Assembly (NCBI GenBank): GCA_964599075.1
Contig: CAZREG010000003.1
Location: 21,257-85,256, forward strand
Source of the DNA: an uncultured Spirochaetaceae bacterium
GTDB taxonomy: Bacteria; Spirochaetota; Spirochaetia; DSM-27196; SLST01
Direction: 5' to 3'
Length of the DNA: 64,000 nt
The position numbers and the translations under genes were made by a program. The notes under the pieces are model-generated. The model did not search any database and had not been told where the DNA came from. It saw nothing but the letters and a program-made list of their open reading frames with translations. Shown here in pieces: positions 43,965 through 53,451 of this stretch. How positions within the stretch are numbered: the first letter of the stretch is position 1; each line of letters begins with the position of its first letter.

Positions 43965-45947
43965 ATGAAGAAGGTGAGGCTCATCTTTGGTTCCACGAAC
44001 AGTCAGGCTGTTGGGATCACAGATGAGGAGTTCGAACAAGTCTACCAACGCTCCTACAAGCCCTACCTCAGAGCTCTCTACAACGCCTCCGAAGTTCCCG
44101 TCACTCTCCACTTCTCCGGACATCTGCTCCAGTGGCTCGAGCGCCATCATTCAGAGTACACGGACGTCCTCTCGGAGATGGTCAGTCGCAAGCAGTGTGA
44201 GCTGCTCGGCGGTGGCTTCTACGATCCGGTTCTGACCCTCATTCCGCGTCTCGATCGGCTTGGCCAGATTGAGAACATGACCACCTATATAAGAAAGCGC
44301 TTCGGTCGCAGACCGCGCGGAGCATGGATCACCGAGCACGTCTGGGAACCGAGCCTTGCGAGCACACTCAAGTCGAGTGGAATCGAATATGCGTTCCTGG
44401 ATGATCACCATTTTGTTGCCGCCGGGCTCCACGGTGAAGACCTCTGTCGTCCCTGTATCACGGAGGATCAGGGCAAGACCATCGTGGTGTTCCCCGTCTG
44501 TCACGAGATGCGCTCCATCTCCCGTCACGGCACTCCCGAAGAGGTGATCGCCTATCTGAAGAAGCATCGTAACGCGGACGACTCTCAAGTACTCTCCCTG
44601 ATCGATCGTGGCGAGCAGTACGGCGACGACGAGACGGTGGACAGACCTGCAATGCGGAATGTCTGGCTCGGGCAGTTCGTCGAGCTGCTCCAGGAGAACC
44701 GGGATTGGATCGATATTGTCCTGCCGGCGACGATTGTGAAGGAACCAAGAGCCCGTGCTCGCGCCTACTTTCATACTGCGAGCTACAAGGACATCGTGGG
44801 AGGTAACGGGAACGGAGCGACTGCGGAAAACGGTGATCGAATTGTGGGGCACTTTCGTCAGTTTCTCGCGCAGTATGCAGAGAGCAATCAGATGTACGCG
44901 AAGATGCAGTATACGCATGTGCTGGTGAACCAGATACGAGGAGACAAGTACCGCAAGCAGGCTGCCCGTGAGGAGCTCTGGCGCGGCCAGTGCCATAACG
45001 CGTACTGGAACAGCCATCGCGGCGGCATCTTTCGTAATCGACTGCGCAAGCAGGTCTATCACGCTCTCATTGAGGCGGAGAAGAAGACGCGCGAGCGTGG
45101 AATTTTCATTCCTTCCATAGTCAAGATAGACTTTGACATGGATGGTCTGGAGGAGTACCTCTATCAGGGGCAGGATCTCAATGCGTACGTCCATCAGTGC
45201 GGCGGGGTGATGTTTGAGCTTGACCATCTGCAGACCTGCTGGAACTACCTGGACACGCTTGCGCGCCGCATGCCCCGCCAGAGTCCCGGAACAGCACCCC
45301 AGGAAGGGTACGACCGCTACTCGCGTCAGGCGTTCCTTGATCACTTTCTGACCAGGGAGCTCTCGCTCGCGGAGTTCAGCTCCGGCACCTACGAGCAGCT
45401 CGGTAGTTTCGTAGCGCAGAACTACGTGCCGGTCCGGGTCAAGCGAGACAGCCACGTCATTGCCTTTGAGGTAGAGGGAGTGGTCCACGCCGGCGGTGCG
45501 GAGTGCCTGGTGGGGCTGCACAAGCAGTATCGATTCAAGCGTGGCATCGTGGAGGTTGATTACACGGTGGAGCTGCTTGCAGGAGAGCAACTCGCTGTTT
45601 GCTTTGCCCCGGAACTCAACTTTGCCTTCCTCTCAAGCGAAGGTGACGTCCTCCGGTTGCTCTGGCGGGCGGCAGAGGGTGAACTGTCCGAGATGAGTGA
45701 GGAGAGTGTGGAGCTGCCTGCCACGCAGGAGCTGAGGATGGAAGACCTCCACAACGGAACGGCCCTCAACGTACAGCTGGACCGGGATATCCCTGTCTGG
45801 ACCATGCCGGTGCGAACTGTCCACCATGTAGACGGTGAGGAACGGTCTGAATATCAGAGTACCAGTGTCATTCCACGCTTCCTGCTCGAACTCAAGCCGG
45901 GCGAGTCGTTTTCTACGTGTGTGAGACTCAAGCTTGAGAAGCTCTGA
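43965..45947 (+). CDS. glycoside hydrolase family 57 protein (4-alpha-glucanotransferase-like architecture)
   Basis: Collinear with my recollection of the Thermococcus litoralis GH57 enzyme: VRLIFG..., HFSGHLLQWLE, GGGFYDPVL, GAWITEHVWEP, GQCHNAYWN. Confidence 0.85.
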   Translation: MKKVRLIFGSTNSQAVGITDEEFEQVYQRSYKPYLRALYNASEVPVTLHFSGHLLQWLERHHSEYTDVLSEMVSRKQCELLGGGFYDPVLTLIPRLDRLGQIENMTTYIRKRFGRRPRGAWITEHVWEPSLASTLKSSGIEYAFLDDHHFVAAGLHGEDLCRPCITEDQGKTIVVFPVCHEMRSISRHGTPEEVIAYLKKHRNADDSQVLSLIDRGEQYGDDETVDRPAMRNVWLGQFVELLQENRDWIDIVLPATIVKEPRARARAYFHTASYKDIVGGNGNGATAENGDRIVGHFRQFLAQYAESNQMYAKMQYTHVLVNQIRGDKYRKQAAREELWRGQCHNAYWNSHRGGIFRNRLRKQVYHALIEAEKKTRERGIFIPSIVKIDFDMDGLEEYLYQGQDLNAYVHQCGGVMFELDHLQTCWNYLDTLARRMPRQSPGTAPQEGYDRYSRQAFLDHFLTRELSLAEFSSGTYEQLGSFVAQNYVPVRVKRDSHVIAFEVEGVVHAGGAECLVGLHKQYRFKRGIVEVDYTVELLAGEQLAVCFAPELNFAFLSSEGDVLRLLWRAAEGELSEMSEESVELPATQELRMEDLHNGTALNVQLDRDIPVWTMPVRTVHHVDGEERSEYQSTSVIPRFLLELKPGESFSTCVRLKLEKL

Positions 45948-45948
45948 G

Positions 45949-47253
45949 TCAGCGTCTCCCAAGAATGTGCCCGATCCACGCCTCTGACTCAGGATAGTAG
46001 CGGTCCCGGGCAAGCAGGAACTCCAGAAGCGCCTGCCGGCTGTCGTGAAGCTGGTAGTAGAGCTGCGCCCGGTAGTAGTGAGCCCGCGCGCGAAGCTCTT
46101 CGGTCAACGGGAGCGAGAGGAAGTTATTGAGCTGTATCAGCGCCTCTTCCCACGCCATACGGGCAAACGGACCCTGCAGTATTGTCTGAAGCGTGTAGTT
46201 TGCGCCCGAAGGATTCTCGATGGTGTCTATCTCGAGAAGCCTTGGCCCTGTGGGTACCGCCGACTGTGCCGTTGACAGGTCAAGGAGCGTTCGGATGGCC
46301 CCCTCCGTTTCACGGCCCACACGGACACGGTCACCCAGGAAAAATCTTGGATTGCGCAGCTGCTCATCAGTAGAGAGTCTGGTCTGTAGCTGCAGGAACG
46401 GCAGGGGCAGGGCCCGAACGGCGGTGGAGATGGGCTCAAACGCGGGCGACTCACCGGGCTGCGTGTTTTCTGTGCGGGCAGGTGCGGCCGTTGAAGCGTC
46501 GTCTGCCGCGGCCACCGTCAGCGGGAGGAGCACCGGCGCGGCAGTGGTATTTCGACCGGCCTCGAGCTCAACCTCTTCTGCGAGTATCCGAGCGGTGTCA
46601 ACCGCAGCGTAGTAGTACTGCACCCCCGGCACGGGGAAGTCTTCCGCAGAGCGCAGCTCACTGGCTACCTCGCGAAAGAGTGTCGCCGTCCTGAGATCGT
46701 TTATGCTGAGAATTGGAGTAGTGCTGCGGTAGAGGGCGAGCGTTCGCCCGCCGCGGTCGGCGCTAATGGTGAGCTCGACGGTTCTGGCATCTGCCACAGT
46801 CGCCTCAATGGCGCGAATGACCGCGCTTCGTTCCAGTTCGCTTGCGAGCTCGGCTACCTCAACGGGACGGATGGACGCGTTTCGTCCCGGAATCACAAAA
46901 CGGATCGGCCGGCCGTCGGCCGCCTCCACGAGCACCGCATAGTGGTAGGACCCCCGTTCAAGCGGGATGTCGAGGTAGCTGCCGGTCTCTGCGCTGACCT
47001 GTCCTATCAGCTCAGCCTGGTCAAGCGTTTCGGTGGTGATCTCTTCCTGTGAACGGTAGACGAGGTAGCTGGAAACGACGCCCGGCGCCGGGTCCCAGGT
47101 TATCCGCACCTGCGGATCGTTGATGGCAAGTCTCAGGCGCGAGACAAACGGGGCAAACACCCCCCCTTCGCTCTGCTGGGCAGAGAGAGCCGTGCTCAGC
47201 GTAACCATGAGCAGGAAGAGCATGAGTCGAGGAACCAACCGCACCATTCGCAT
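45949..47253 (-). CDS. secreted protein, unknown function
   Basis: Signal peptide MRMVRLVPRLMLFLLMVTLSTALSA. An N-terminal region resembles an Fn3/Ig-like module (VRITWDPAPGVVSSYLVYRS). The C-terminus is helical and TPR-like. Confidence 0.55.
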   Translation of the reverse strand: MRMVRLVPRLMLFLLMVTLSTALSAQQSEGGVFAPFVSRLRLAINDPQVRITWDPAPGVVSSYLVYRSQEEITTETLDQAELIGQVSAETGSYLDIPLERGSYHYAVLVEAADGRPIRFVIPGRNASIRPVEVAELASELERSAVIRAIEATVADARTVELTISADRGGRTLALYRSTTPILSINDLRTATLFREVASELRSAEDFPVPGVQYYYAAVDTARILAEEVELEAGRNTTAAPVLLPLTVAAADDASTAAPARTENTQPGESPAFEPISTAVRALPLPFLQLQTRLSTDEQLRNPRFFLGDRVRVGRETEGAIRTLLDLSTAQSAVPTGPRLLEIDTIENPSGANYTLQTILQGPFARMAWEEALIQLNNFLSLPLTEELRARAHYYRAQLYYQLHDSRQALLEFLLARDRYYPESEAWIGHILGRR

Positions 47254-47361
47254 ACACTATACTAATCGGCAGGTTACGCGTATCCCTCAGCAATTCAAAA
47301 TGTGAGGCGGGTGGAAGCCATGGCATGCTTTCGCTATACTCGCGGTACGACTGGAGGAATC

Positions 47362-48463
47362 ATGCTACAAGAACTTTCTACACCAATTCAAGAGCTCCAG
47401 GAGCAGATCCAGACCACCTGGAGGTCTCTTTGACTCGGATAAAATTCGTTCAGAGATAGCCAAACTGGAGCAGAAGTCCGCAGATCCCAACCTCTGGAAC
47501 AACCACGATGAAGCCGAGCGTGTGATGACCGAGCTCAAGCGTGTCAAGGAGCGGATTGAGCCGTGGGAGACGCTGAGCTCACAGGTTCATGATCTTTCCG
47601 AGCTCTACGAGCTTGCCGTTGCCGAAGAGGCATCCGGCATGGAGGCTGAGATACGGTCAACCCTTGGGGTCCATAAGAGGACCTTTGACCGGCTTCAGAC
47701 AAGGGAGCTGCTCTCCGACGAGTTTGATACCGCGAATGCGTTCCTCACCATTCATTCCGGTGCCGGCGGTACAGAGGCCTGTGACTGGGTGAGCATGCTC
47801 TACCGGATGTACAACCGCTGGGCCGAACAGAGCGAGTTCAAACTGGAAGTCATCGATCTGCTGGAGGCTGAGGGCGGTATCAAGAGCCTGACCATGCAGG
47901 TCAGTGGTAACTACGCGTACGGTTACCTCAAGAGCGAGACCGGCATCCATCGGCTTGTGAGAATCAGTCCGTTCGATTCCAGTGGGCGAAGACACACCTC
48001 CTTCGCCTCAGTCTACGTGAGTCCGGTGATAGAAGATGATATTGAGGTGGATATCAGACCTGAGGACATCCGCGTGGATACCTACCGTGCGAGTGGTGCA
48101 GGGGGACAACACGTCAACAAGACTGACAGTGCGGTCCGGCTCACCCACCTGGAAACCGGGATAGTTGTGCAGTGCCAGAACGAACGGAGTCAGCACAAGA
48201 ACCGGGCCACCGCCATGAAAGTGCTCAAGAGCCGGCTCTACGAGCACTATCGCGCACAGCAGGAGGCGGAGCAGGCGAAGAGCGCGGCAGAGAAGAAGGA
48301 TATCAGCTGGGGGAACCAGATCCGCTCCTACGTGTTTCAGCCGTACACCATGGTGAAGGATCATCGAACCAATCACGAGACCGGGAACGTCCAGGCAGTC
48401 ATGGACGGTGCGCTTGATCCGTTTATTGACGCCTGGCTGCATCATCGCTGGGACGGCACATGA
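47362..48463 (+). CDS. prfB: peptide chain release factor 2, with programmed +1 frameshift (join 47362..47430, 47432..48463)
   Basis: Frame 0 reads MLQELSTPIQELQEQIQTTWRSL then TGA. The +1 frame continues DSDKIRSEIAKLEQKSADPNLWNN... into the 47522 ORF, which carries RISPFDS (SPF) and GAGGQHVNKTDSAVR (GGQ). Confidence 0.9.
47420..47434 (+). promoter_or_regulatory. RF2 autoregulatory frameshift site
   Basis: An internal SD-like GGAGG (47420-47424), 3 nt before the slippery CTT TGA C (47428-47434). This is the canonical prfB recoding signal. Confidence 0.85.
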
Positions 48464-48861
48464 GCGTGCGGGTGCTCCTGGTCGACGATCTGCCGTTTAT
48501 CCGGTCACTGCTGACCGACATTCTCAAGGATGCCGGCATGCGCGTGGTCGCTGAGGCGGACAACGGCCGGACGGCGCTCAAGAGGTATCTGGTCTCCCAG
48601 CCGGACGTGGTCCTGCTCGACATCGCCATGCCGGTGATGGATGGAATTGCTACCCTCAAGCGCCTTCGCCAGATGGATGATCGCGCACGGGTGATCATGT
48701 GCAGCGCTTTAGGCGAGCAGGCGATGATCGTCAGAGCGATTCAGCTTGGGGCCCGTGACTTTGTAGTGAAGCCGTTCAAGGCCGAGCGTGTGGTGAGTGC
48801 CATTCGCAAGGTTCTCGAGAGTGACGGGCTTCTTGAGATGCCGGAGCAAGACGCGCGATGA
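48460..48861 (+). CDS. single-domain CheY-like response regulator
   Basis: VLLVDDLPFIR, VLLDIAMPVMDG, DFVVKPF. 133 aa with no output domain. ATGA overlap with prfB. Confidence 0.85.
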   Translation: MSVRVLLVDDLPFIRSLLTDILKDAGMRVVAEADNGRTALKRYLVSQPDVVLLDIAMPVMDGIATLKRLRQMDDRARVIMCSALGEQAMIVRAIQLGARDFVVKPFKAERVVSAIRKVLESDGLLEMPEQDAR

Positions 48862-50339
48862 GGCTTGCGGCGCTATTCACCCTGCTGCTGCTTCCCGCCC
48901 TTCTGTTCGCTCGGCAGCCTGCCGACTCGCAGCCCGTGGATGTGGATGCGCTTCTTCCCGGTCCGCGCGAAGAGTTTCGGGTAGGGTTTGCAGAGCTTCA
49001 AACTGCATCGTTGCCGCCTGAGCGGCGCTTTATTGCCGCAACCTTTCCCCGCTTGCTCTACGAGGAGCTGCGCACCAGTAAGAGTCGGCTGCTCTCCCGG
49101 GTTGAGCTCAACGCCTATCTTTCCCAACGGATTGCCGATGCACGAGAGTCGGCCGGTCGCCGGCTGACCGCGGCGGTTGATGCCCGCGATCTCCTGCTCT
49201 TTCGCCCGGAAGTGACCGCAGAGCAGCGTGAACGGGCGCAGCATGAAGTGCTGCAGGCTCGCGCGGAGTTTCAGGCGCTTGAAGACGCCAATATCAGCGC
49301 AACTGAGGGGCAGGAGCGACCGGTTGCTTTCCTCTCGGAGGTTGAGTCGGGTCGGCTGCTCCCGCCGATCCAATTTGCGCAGGGGCGCGTACCGGTATCA
49401 TCCGCTGTGCACGCGACAGCCGAGGAGTCTGACCTTGACTACCTGATCTTTGGTCTTGCTGAGGAACAGGCCGGATACACTATCGTTGATATCTATGGCT
49501 ACCACCGGTTTCTTGAGTCTGTGGAGCTCCTGACCCGGACTACCCGTCTTTCCGAAGAGGTTGGAGAGGATGCCCCGGCGGTTGCTGATGAGATGGCAAG
49601 TCTGCTGCTCGGTCGCGAATGGGCAACGCTGCTCGTTGTCTCCGAGCGTCCGGATGCCGCCATTCGGGTGAATGGTGAGCTCGTCGGGTTCGGGCGCGCG
49701 GAGGTCCGCTACGCGAAACCGGGAGAGTACTCCGTGAGTGCCCGGGTTGCAGGATTCGAGCGTGTGACTGAACAGATCGCGCTCTCCTCCGGAGAGCGTA
49801 CGGTCGTCACCCTGGAGTTCCTCCGGAGTGAAGGGCAGCGGACAACCCTTCGCAGTTCTCCGACCGGGGCAGACGTCTACGTTGATAGTCTCTGGGTCGG
49901 TAGAACACCTCTGGTCTATCCGTTTCCCTCCGGCAGCTCGGTCGTTCATATACGAAGCGCCGGGTACCTTGAGTCACGTTTTATGGTGGATGCAGAGTCG
50001 CCACCGGTGATCTCGAGAGCGCTGCTGAGCGAGCAGATCGACTGGACTGTGGAACTGCGGGAGCAGCGCGACGAGTTCTACCGTGCGCTTGGCTACTTCG
50101 TACTCTCGGTTCCCGTCACGGTTCTGCTCTGGGGTGGATACCAGAATGTCCTTGGTACCCGCGCCAGCCCTGATCTCTCGCTGCTTCCTCCGCAGGAGGA
50201 TGCCCGCCTTGTCCAGCTGGGAAACACCTTTTACTGGTCGGCGCTCGGTGGATTTGCCGTCAATACAGGGCTCTTTATCAACATGATTATCAACCTTCTC
50301 GACTACGTGGCGGTAGGTGAAGGCGCACACAATCAGTAG
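48858..50339 (+). CDS. PEGA-domain envelope protein
   Basis: Signal-like N-terminus, two PEGA-type beta modules (DAAIRVNGELVGFGRAEVRYAKPGEYSVSARVAGFE; PTGADVYVDSLWVGRTPLVYPF..VHIRSAGY), and C-terminal TM segments. ATGA overlap with cheY. Confidence 0.7.
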   Translation: MRLAALFTLLLLPALLFARQPADSQPVDVDALLPGPREEFRVGFAELQTASLPPERRFIAATFPRLLYEELRTSKSRLLSRVELNAYLSQRIADARESAGRRLTAAVDARDLLLFRPEVTAEQRERAQHEVLQARAEFQALEDANISATEGQERPVAFLSEVESGRLLPPIQFAQGRVPVSSAVHATAEESDLDYLIFGLAEEQAGYTIVDIYGYHRFLESVELLTRTTRLSEEVGEDAPAVADEMASLLLGREWATLLVVSERPDAAIRVNGELVGFGRAEVRYAKPGEYSVSARVAGFERVTEQIALSSGERTVVTLEFLRSEGQRTTLRSSPTGADVYVDSLWVGRTPLVYPFPSGSSVVHIRSAGYLESRFMVDAESPPVISRALLSEQIDWTVELREQRDEFYRALGYFVLSVPVTVLLWGGYQNVLGTRASPDLSLLPPQEDARLVQLGNTFYWSALGGFAVNTGLFINMIINLLDYVAVGEGAHNQ

Positions 50340-50351
50340 CTTAAGGACGGC

Positions 50352-51227
50352 ATGAAGAAACAGGGATTAGGCAGCCGACTGAAACAGTTGTTCTCCGGTG
50401 GGCTCTCAACTGAAGAGCTCTTCGAAGAGCTCGAGGACGCGTTGGTCGGTGCAGACGTGGGCGCACGCGGCGCCATGCAGATTGTGGACTCGCTCCGCGG
50501 GGCCGGCGCCCTTGAAGGTGCAAGCAGCCGAGACTCCCTCACGCGAATCCTCCGGCGGGAGATCGAGAGCTCGGTCAAGCAGACCTCTTTTCAGCTGGTT
50601 CCCGGTGTCCTGAACGTGATTCTGGTCCTTGGCGTCAACGGCGTAGGCAAGACGACGACGATTGCGAAGCTGGCACACCACTTTCGGAGTACCGGGCAGA
50701 CCGATAAGATCTGTCTTGCGGCCGGTGACACGTTCCGTGCGGCAGCAGTCGAGCAGCTGACCGTTCATGCCGAACGGTTGGGCATCCGGATCGTCAAGCA
50801 GTCTTCCGGTTCCGACCCGGGTGCGGTCATCTACGACGCTATAGAGAGTGCCCGTAGTCGGGGTGATGAGCTGGTCATTGCAGATACCGCCGGGCGAATG
50901 CATACAAAGAAACACCTGGTGGAGGAGCTCTCCAAGATTGATCGAATTGTAGCCTCAAGAGCACCAGACGCGAGCTACCGTCGGCTTCTGGTGATAGACG
51001 CTACGACCGGGCAGAACGGACTTCACCAGGCGGAGGTCTTCAGCTCCGCGGTGGATGTTGACGGCATAGTCCTTGCCAAGTACGACTCCACGGCGCGAGG
51101 CGGCATTCTGGTTCCCATATCCGAGCAGCTCGGCATAGCGGCCGCCTTCCTGGGAACCGGCGAGGGCTACAACGATCTCAAACCGTTTAACGCCGCGCAG
51201 TACGCGTTCGAGCTGACGGAGGCATAG
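50352..51227 (+). CDS. ftsY: signal recognition particle receptor FtsY (NG domain only)
   Basis: GVNGVGKTTTIAKLA, AAGDTFRAAA, ADTAGR, LAKYDSTARGG. Confidence 0.9.
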   Translation: MKKQGLGSRLKQLFSGGLSTEELFEELEDALVGADVGARGAMQIVDSLRGAGALEGASSRDSLTRILRREIESSVKQTSFQLVPGVLNVILVLGVNGVGKTTTIAKLAHHFRSTGQTDKICLAAGDTFRAAAVEQLTVHAERLGIRIVKQSSGSDPGAVIYDAIESARSRGDELVIADTAGRMHTKKHLVEELSKIDRIVASRAPDASYRRLLVIDATTGQNGLHQAEVFSSAVDVDGIVLAKYDSTARGGILVPISEQLGIAAAFLGTGEGYNDLKPFNAAQYAFELTEA

Positions 51228-52162
51228 TGACCGCTCGTCCGCTCACTCTGCTGATGCTGCTACTTGCCGCGGCTTCTCTCCAGGCACAGCGCTACTATCG
51301 CTCAGATGAGTTGGGGGCTCAGGGAGCGCTGGCCAGTGAGGAGGATCGTGACGGCCAGGAGTGGGTCCTCCGAGTAGAGCAGGCAGGCGAACAGACACTG
51401 CGCACGCTTCTCAGGGACGGGGTGGAGAGCGAGCAGAGTGTCTACCGTGATGGAAAGCTTGTGACGCACACGCGCTACGACAGCGCCGGCGAGGTTACCG
51501 TTCAGCAGCGGTTTCGCTACTGGCGGGACGGTAGCCTGCGGATGGTTGAACGAACCGACAATCGGCGCGTTCTCTTTCGCTACCGCGACGGGGTGCTTGT
51601 CTCAGAGGAGCGGACCGACGATGCGCTGCGGGAGCGCCACGAGTACGACCTGTTTGGCCGAACGGCAGCTCGCGAGCTCTGGTTGGATGGAGAGCTCGCT
51701 GAGCAGGAGAACCGGACCTACTGGGGTGAACCTCCCCTGGGTATCCGCCGGATCGAACTGACTCAGGGCGCCGTGACTCGCGTTGAGCAGTATGCTCAGA
51801 GCGGTGAGCTCATCGGATCGCAGCAGCTTGTCGGGGGTGCCCCGCTACGGGAGGTCGAGCGCTTTTTCCGCAACGATCGTCTGGTTTCAGAGCGTGAGAT
51901 GCTCGACGGACAGGTGTACGAGTCGCGGTACCGCTACGAAGGCGACACGCTTGTGGAACAGAGCTCTTTCGTGGATGACGAGCTTATTGAACGGGTTCTC
52001 TATCATCAGCAGCAGTCGATCACCCGAACGCAGATCATCTTTCGCGACGGCGAACCGCTTCTGGAGGTCGACTATGCAGACGAGCGGCGCTTGCAGGAGC
52101 GGGTCATCCGTGACGGCGCGGTGGTTCGCGTCCGCACCTTTGAGCCGGAGGCGGACGGGTGA
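51227..52162 (+). CDS. secreted repeat protein (MORN-variant/YwqK-like repeats)
   Basis: GTG start overlaps the ftsY stop by 1 nt. Signal peptide LTLLMLLLAAASLQA. About nine degenerate repeats of the type (Y/F)R(D/N)G.L(V), e.g. VYRDGKLV, YWRDGSLR, RYRDGVLV, FRDGEPLL, IRDGAVVR. Confidence 0.5.
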   Translation: MTARPLTLLMLLLAAASLQAQRYYRSDELGAQGALASEEDRDGQEWVLRVEQAGEQTLRTLLRDGVESEQSVYRDGKLVTHTRYDSAGEVTVQQRFRYWRDGSLRMVERTDNRRVLFRYRDGVLVSEERTDDALRERHEYDLFGRTAARELWLDGELAEQENRTYWGEPPLGIRRIELTQGAVTRVEQYAQSGELIGSQQLVGGAPLREVERFFRNDRLVSEREMLDGQVYESRYRYEGDTLVEQSSFVDDELIERVLYHQQQSITRTQIIFRDGEPLLEVDYADERRLQERVIRDGAVVRVRTFEPEADG

Positions 52163-53451
52163 ATCTCCGCTGGATCCTCTTTGTCTCTGCTCGACACTTT
52201 CGAACCAGACGGCGTGAGAAGGGTCACACCGCCGCAATTCTCTCCGTACTTGGCATTGCAGCCGGGGTGATGACCCTTAATGCCGTGCTGGCGGTCATGA
52301 ATGGATTTCAGCTGGGCACCATTGAGAACATTCTGGAGGTCGGCAGCTACCACCTGCAGGTTGAAACAGACGCTCCGCAGGCGCTGGCAGATGAGCTGCA
52401 GGAGCTCGGAGGTGTGCGCACGGCGGTCCCCTATCAGGATCTTTTTGGTCTTGCATCGGGATACTTCCGGGACCCTGCTGCGATTGTCATCAGATCGGTC
52501 CCGGAGGACGTTCTTGCACGCGACGCCCGTTTTGCCTCAAGCCTTTCGGTTCCGTCCGGAAGCTTTGATCTGGCAACACCGGGCTCAGTGGTTATAGGCG
52601 AGCAGCTCGCGAGGCGGCTCGGACTGCGGGCGGGCGACGAGATGCAGGTGGTTGGCTTCGACGGCGTCGGAGCCGGTTCCGCGTCTACTTCTGCCGGCCT
52701 GCGGGTGACCGGGCTCTTTACCAGTGGTTTTCTCGAGTACGATGCCGGATGGGCCTATGTCTCTCTTGAGACCGCCGGCATTCTGGGAATTGAAGGCGCT
52801 GGAACAGTCGGGGTGAAGCTCACCGACCGGTTTGCCGACCGCCGAATGGTCGCGCAGATCTCAGCCCTGGCACCGGATGCTCGCATAGAGAGCTGGCGGG
52901 AGTTCAATCGCGCCATATTTGGCGCACTTCGTCTTGAGAAGACGCTCATGATGCTTCTGGTGGGACTCATATTCGTCGTGGTTGCTCTCAATATCTTTCA
53001 GTCGCTTCGACGTAGCGTGGTAGAACGAACCGAAGAGATTGCCGTACTCAAGGCAATTGGCGCCGGTCCGCTCGCCTTGCAGACGGTGTTTGTGTTCGAG
53101 GGGTTGCTGATAGGACTCCTCGGGGGCGGAATTGGCACGGTGGGCGGGCTTCTGGTGAGCAGCAATGTGAACGAGCTGTTTGGGTTTGCTGAGTACCTGA
53201 TCAATCTTCTCTCCGGTGCGACCCAGTGGCTTGGGGCCGTGCTCTCAGGCGTGAATCCGCAGAGTGCGGGGGCGGCGTTCTCCGTGTTCAGCCCGGCCTA
53301 CTTTTACATAGAACGCATCCCATCTTCTCTTCTTCCGGGAGAAGTTGCGGGTATCTTTGTTTTCGCGCTTGGATCAGCAACACTGGCAGCGTTCGCAGCG
53401 TCACGCCGGGTTGCGCGGATTATGCCTGCCCAGGTACTGAGGTACGAGTAG
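52159..53451 (+). CDS. LolC/E-family lipoprotein-release ABC permease (MacB/FtsX type)
   Basis: N-terminal TM, periplasmic domain, C-terminal FtsX-like 3-TM bundle with EIAVLKAIGA motif. Confidence 0.8.
   Translation: MNLRWILFVSARHFRTRRREKGHTAAILSVLGIAAGVMTLNAVLAVMNGFQLGTIENILEVGSYHLQVETDAPQALADELQELGGVRTAVPYQDLFGLASGYFRDPAAIVIRSVPEDVLARDARFASSLSVPSGSFDLATPGSVVIGEQLARRLGLRAGDEMQVVGFDGVGAGSASTSAGLRVTGLFTSGFLEYDAGWAYVSLETAGILGIEGAGTVGVKLTDRFADRRMVAQISALAPDARIESWREFNRAIFGALRLEKTLMMLLVGLIFVVVALNIFQSLRRSVVERTEEIAVLKAIGAGPLALQTVFVFEGLLIGLLGGGIGTVGGLLVSSNVNELFGFAEYLINLLSGATQWLGAVLSGVNPQSAGAAFSVFSPAYFYIERIPSSLLPGEVAGIFVFALGSATLAAFAASRRVARIMPAQVLRYE

Noticed and set aside
44151-45590. A 479-aa minus-strand ORF inside the GH57 gene.
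   Set aside because: It is antisense to a well-supported GH57 coding frame, and its translation has no recognisable domain. This is a GC-rich antisense artefact.
45927-45938. A perfect palindrome CTCAAGCTTGAG near the GH57 stop. Similar short GC palindromes occur at about 23005-23050 (CCGCGATCGCGG, CGACCGGTCG).
   Set aside because: Short palindromes of this size are expected by chance in 64 kb. There is no loop for a stable hairpin, and they are not repeated as a family.
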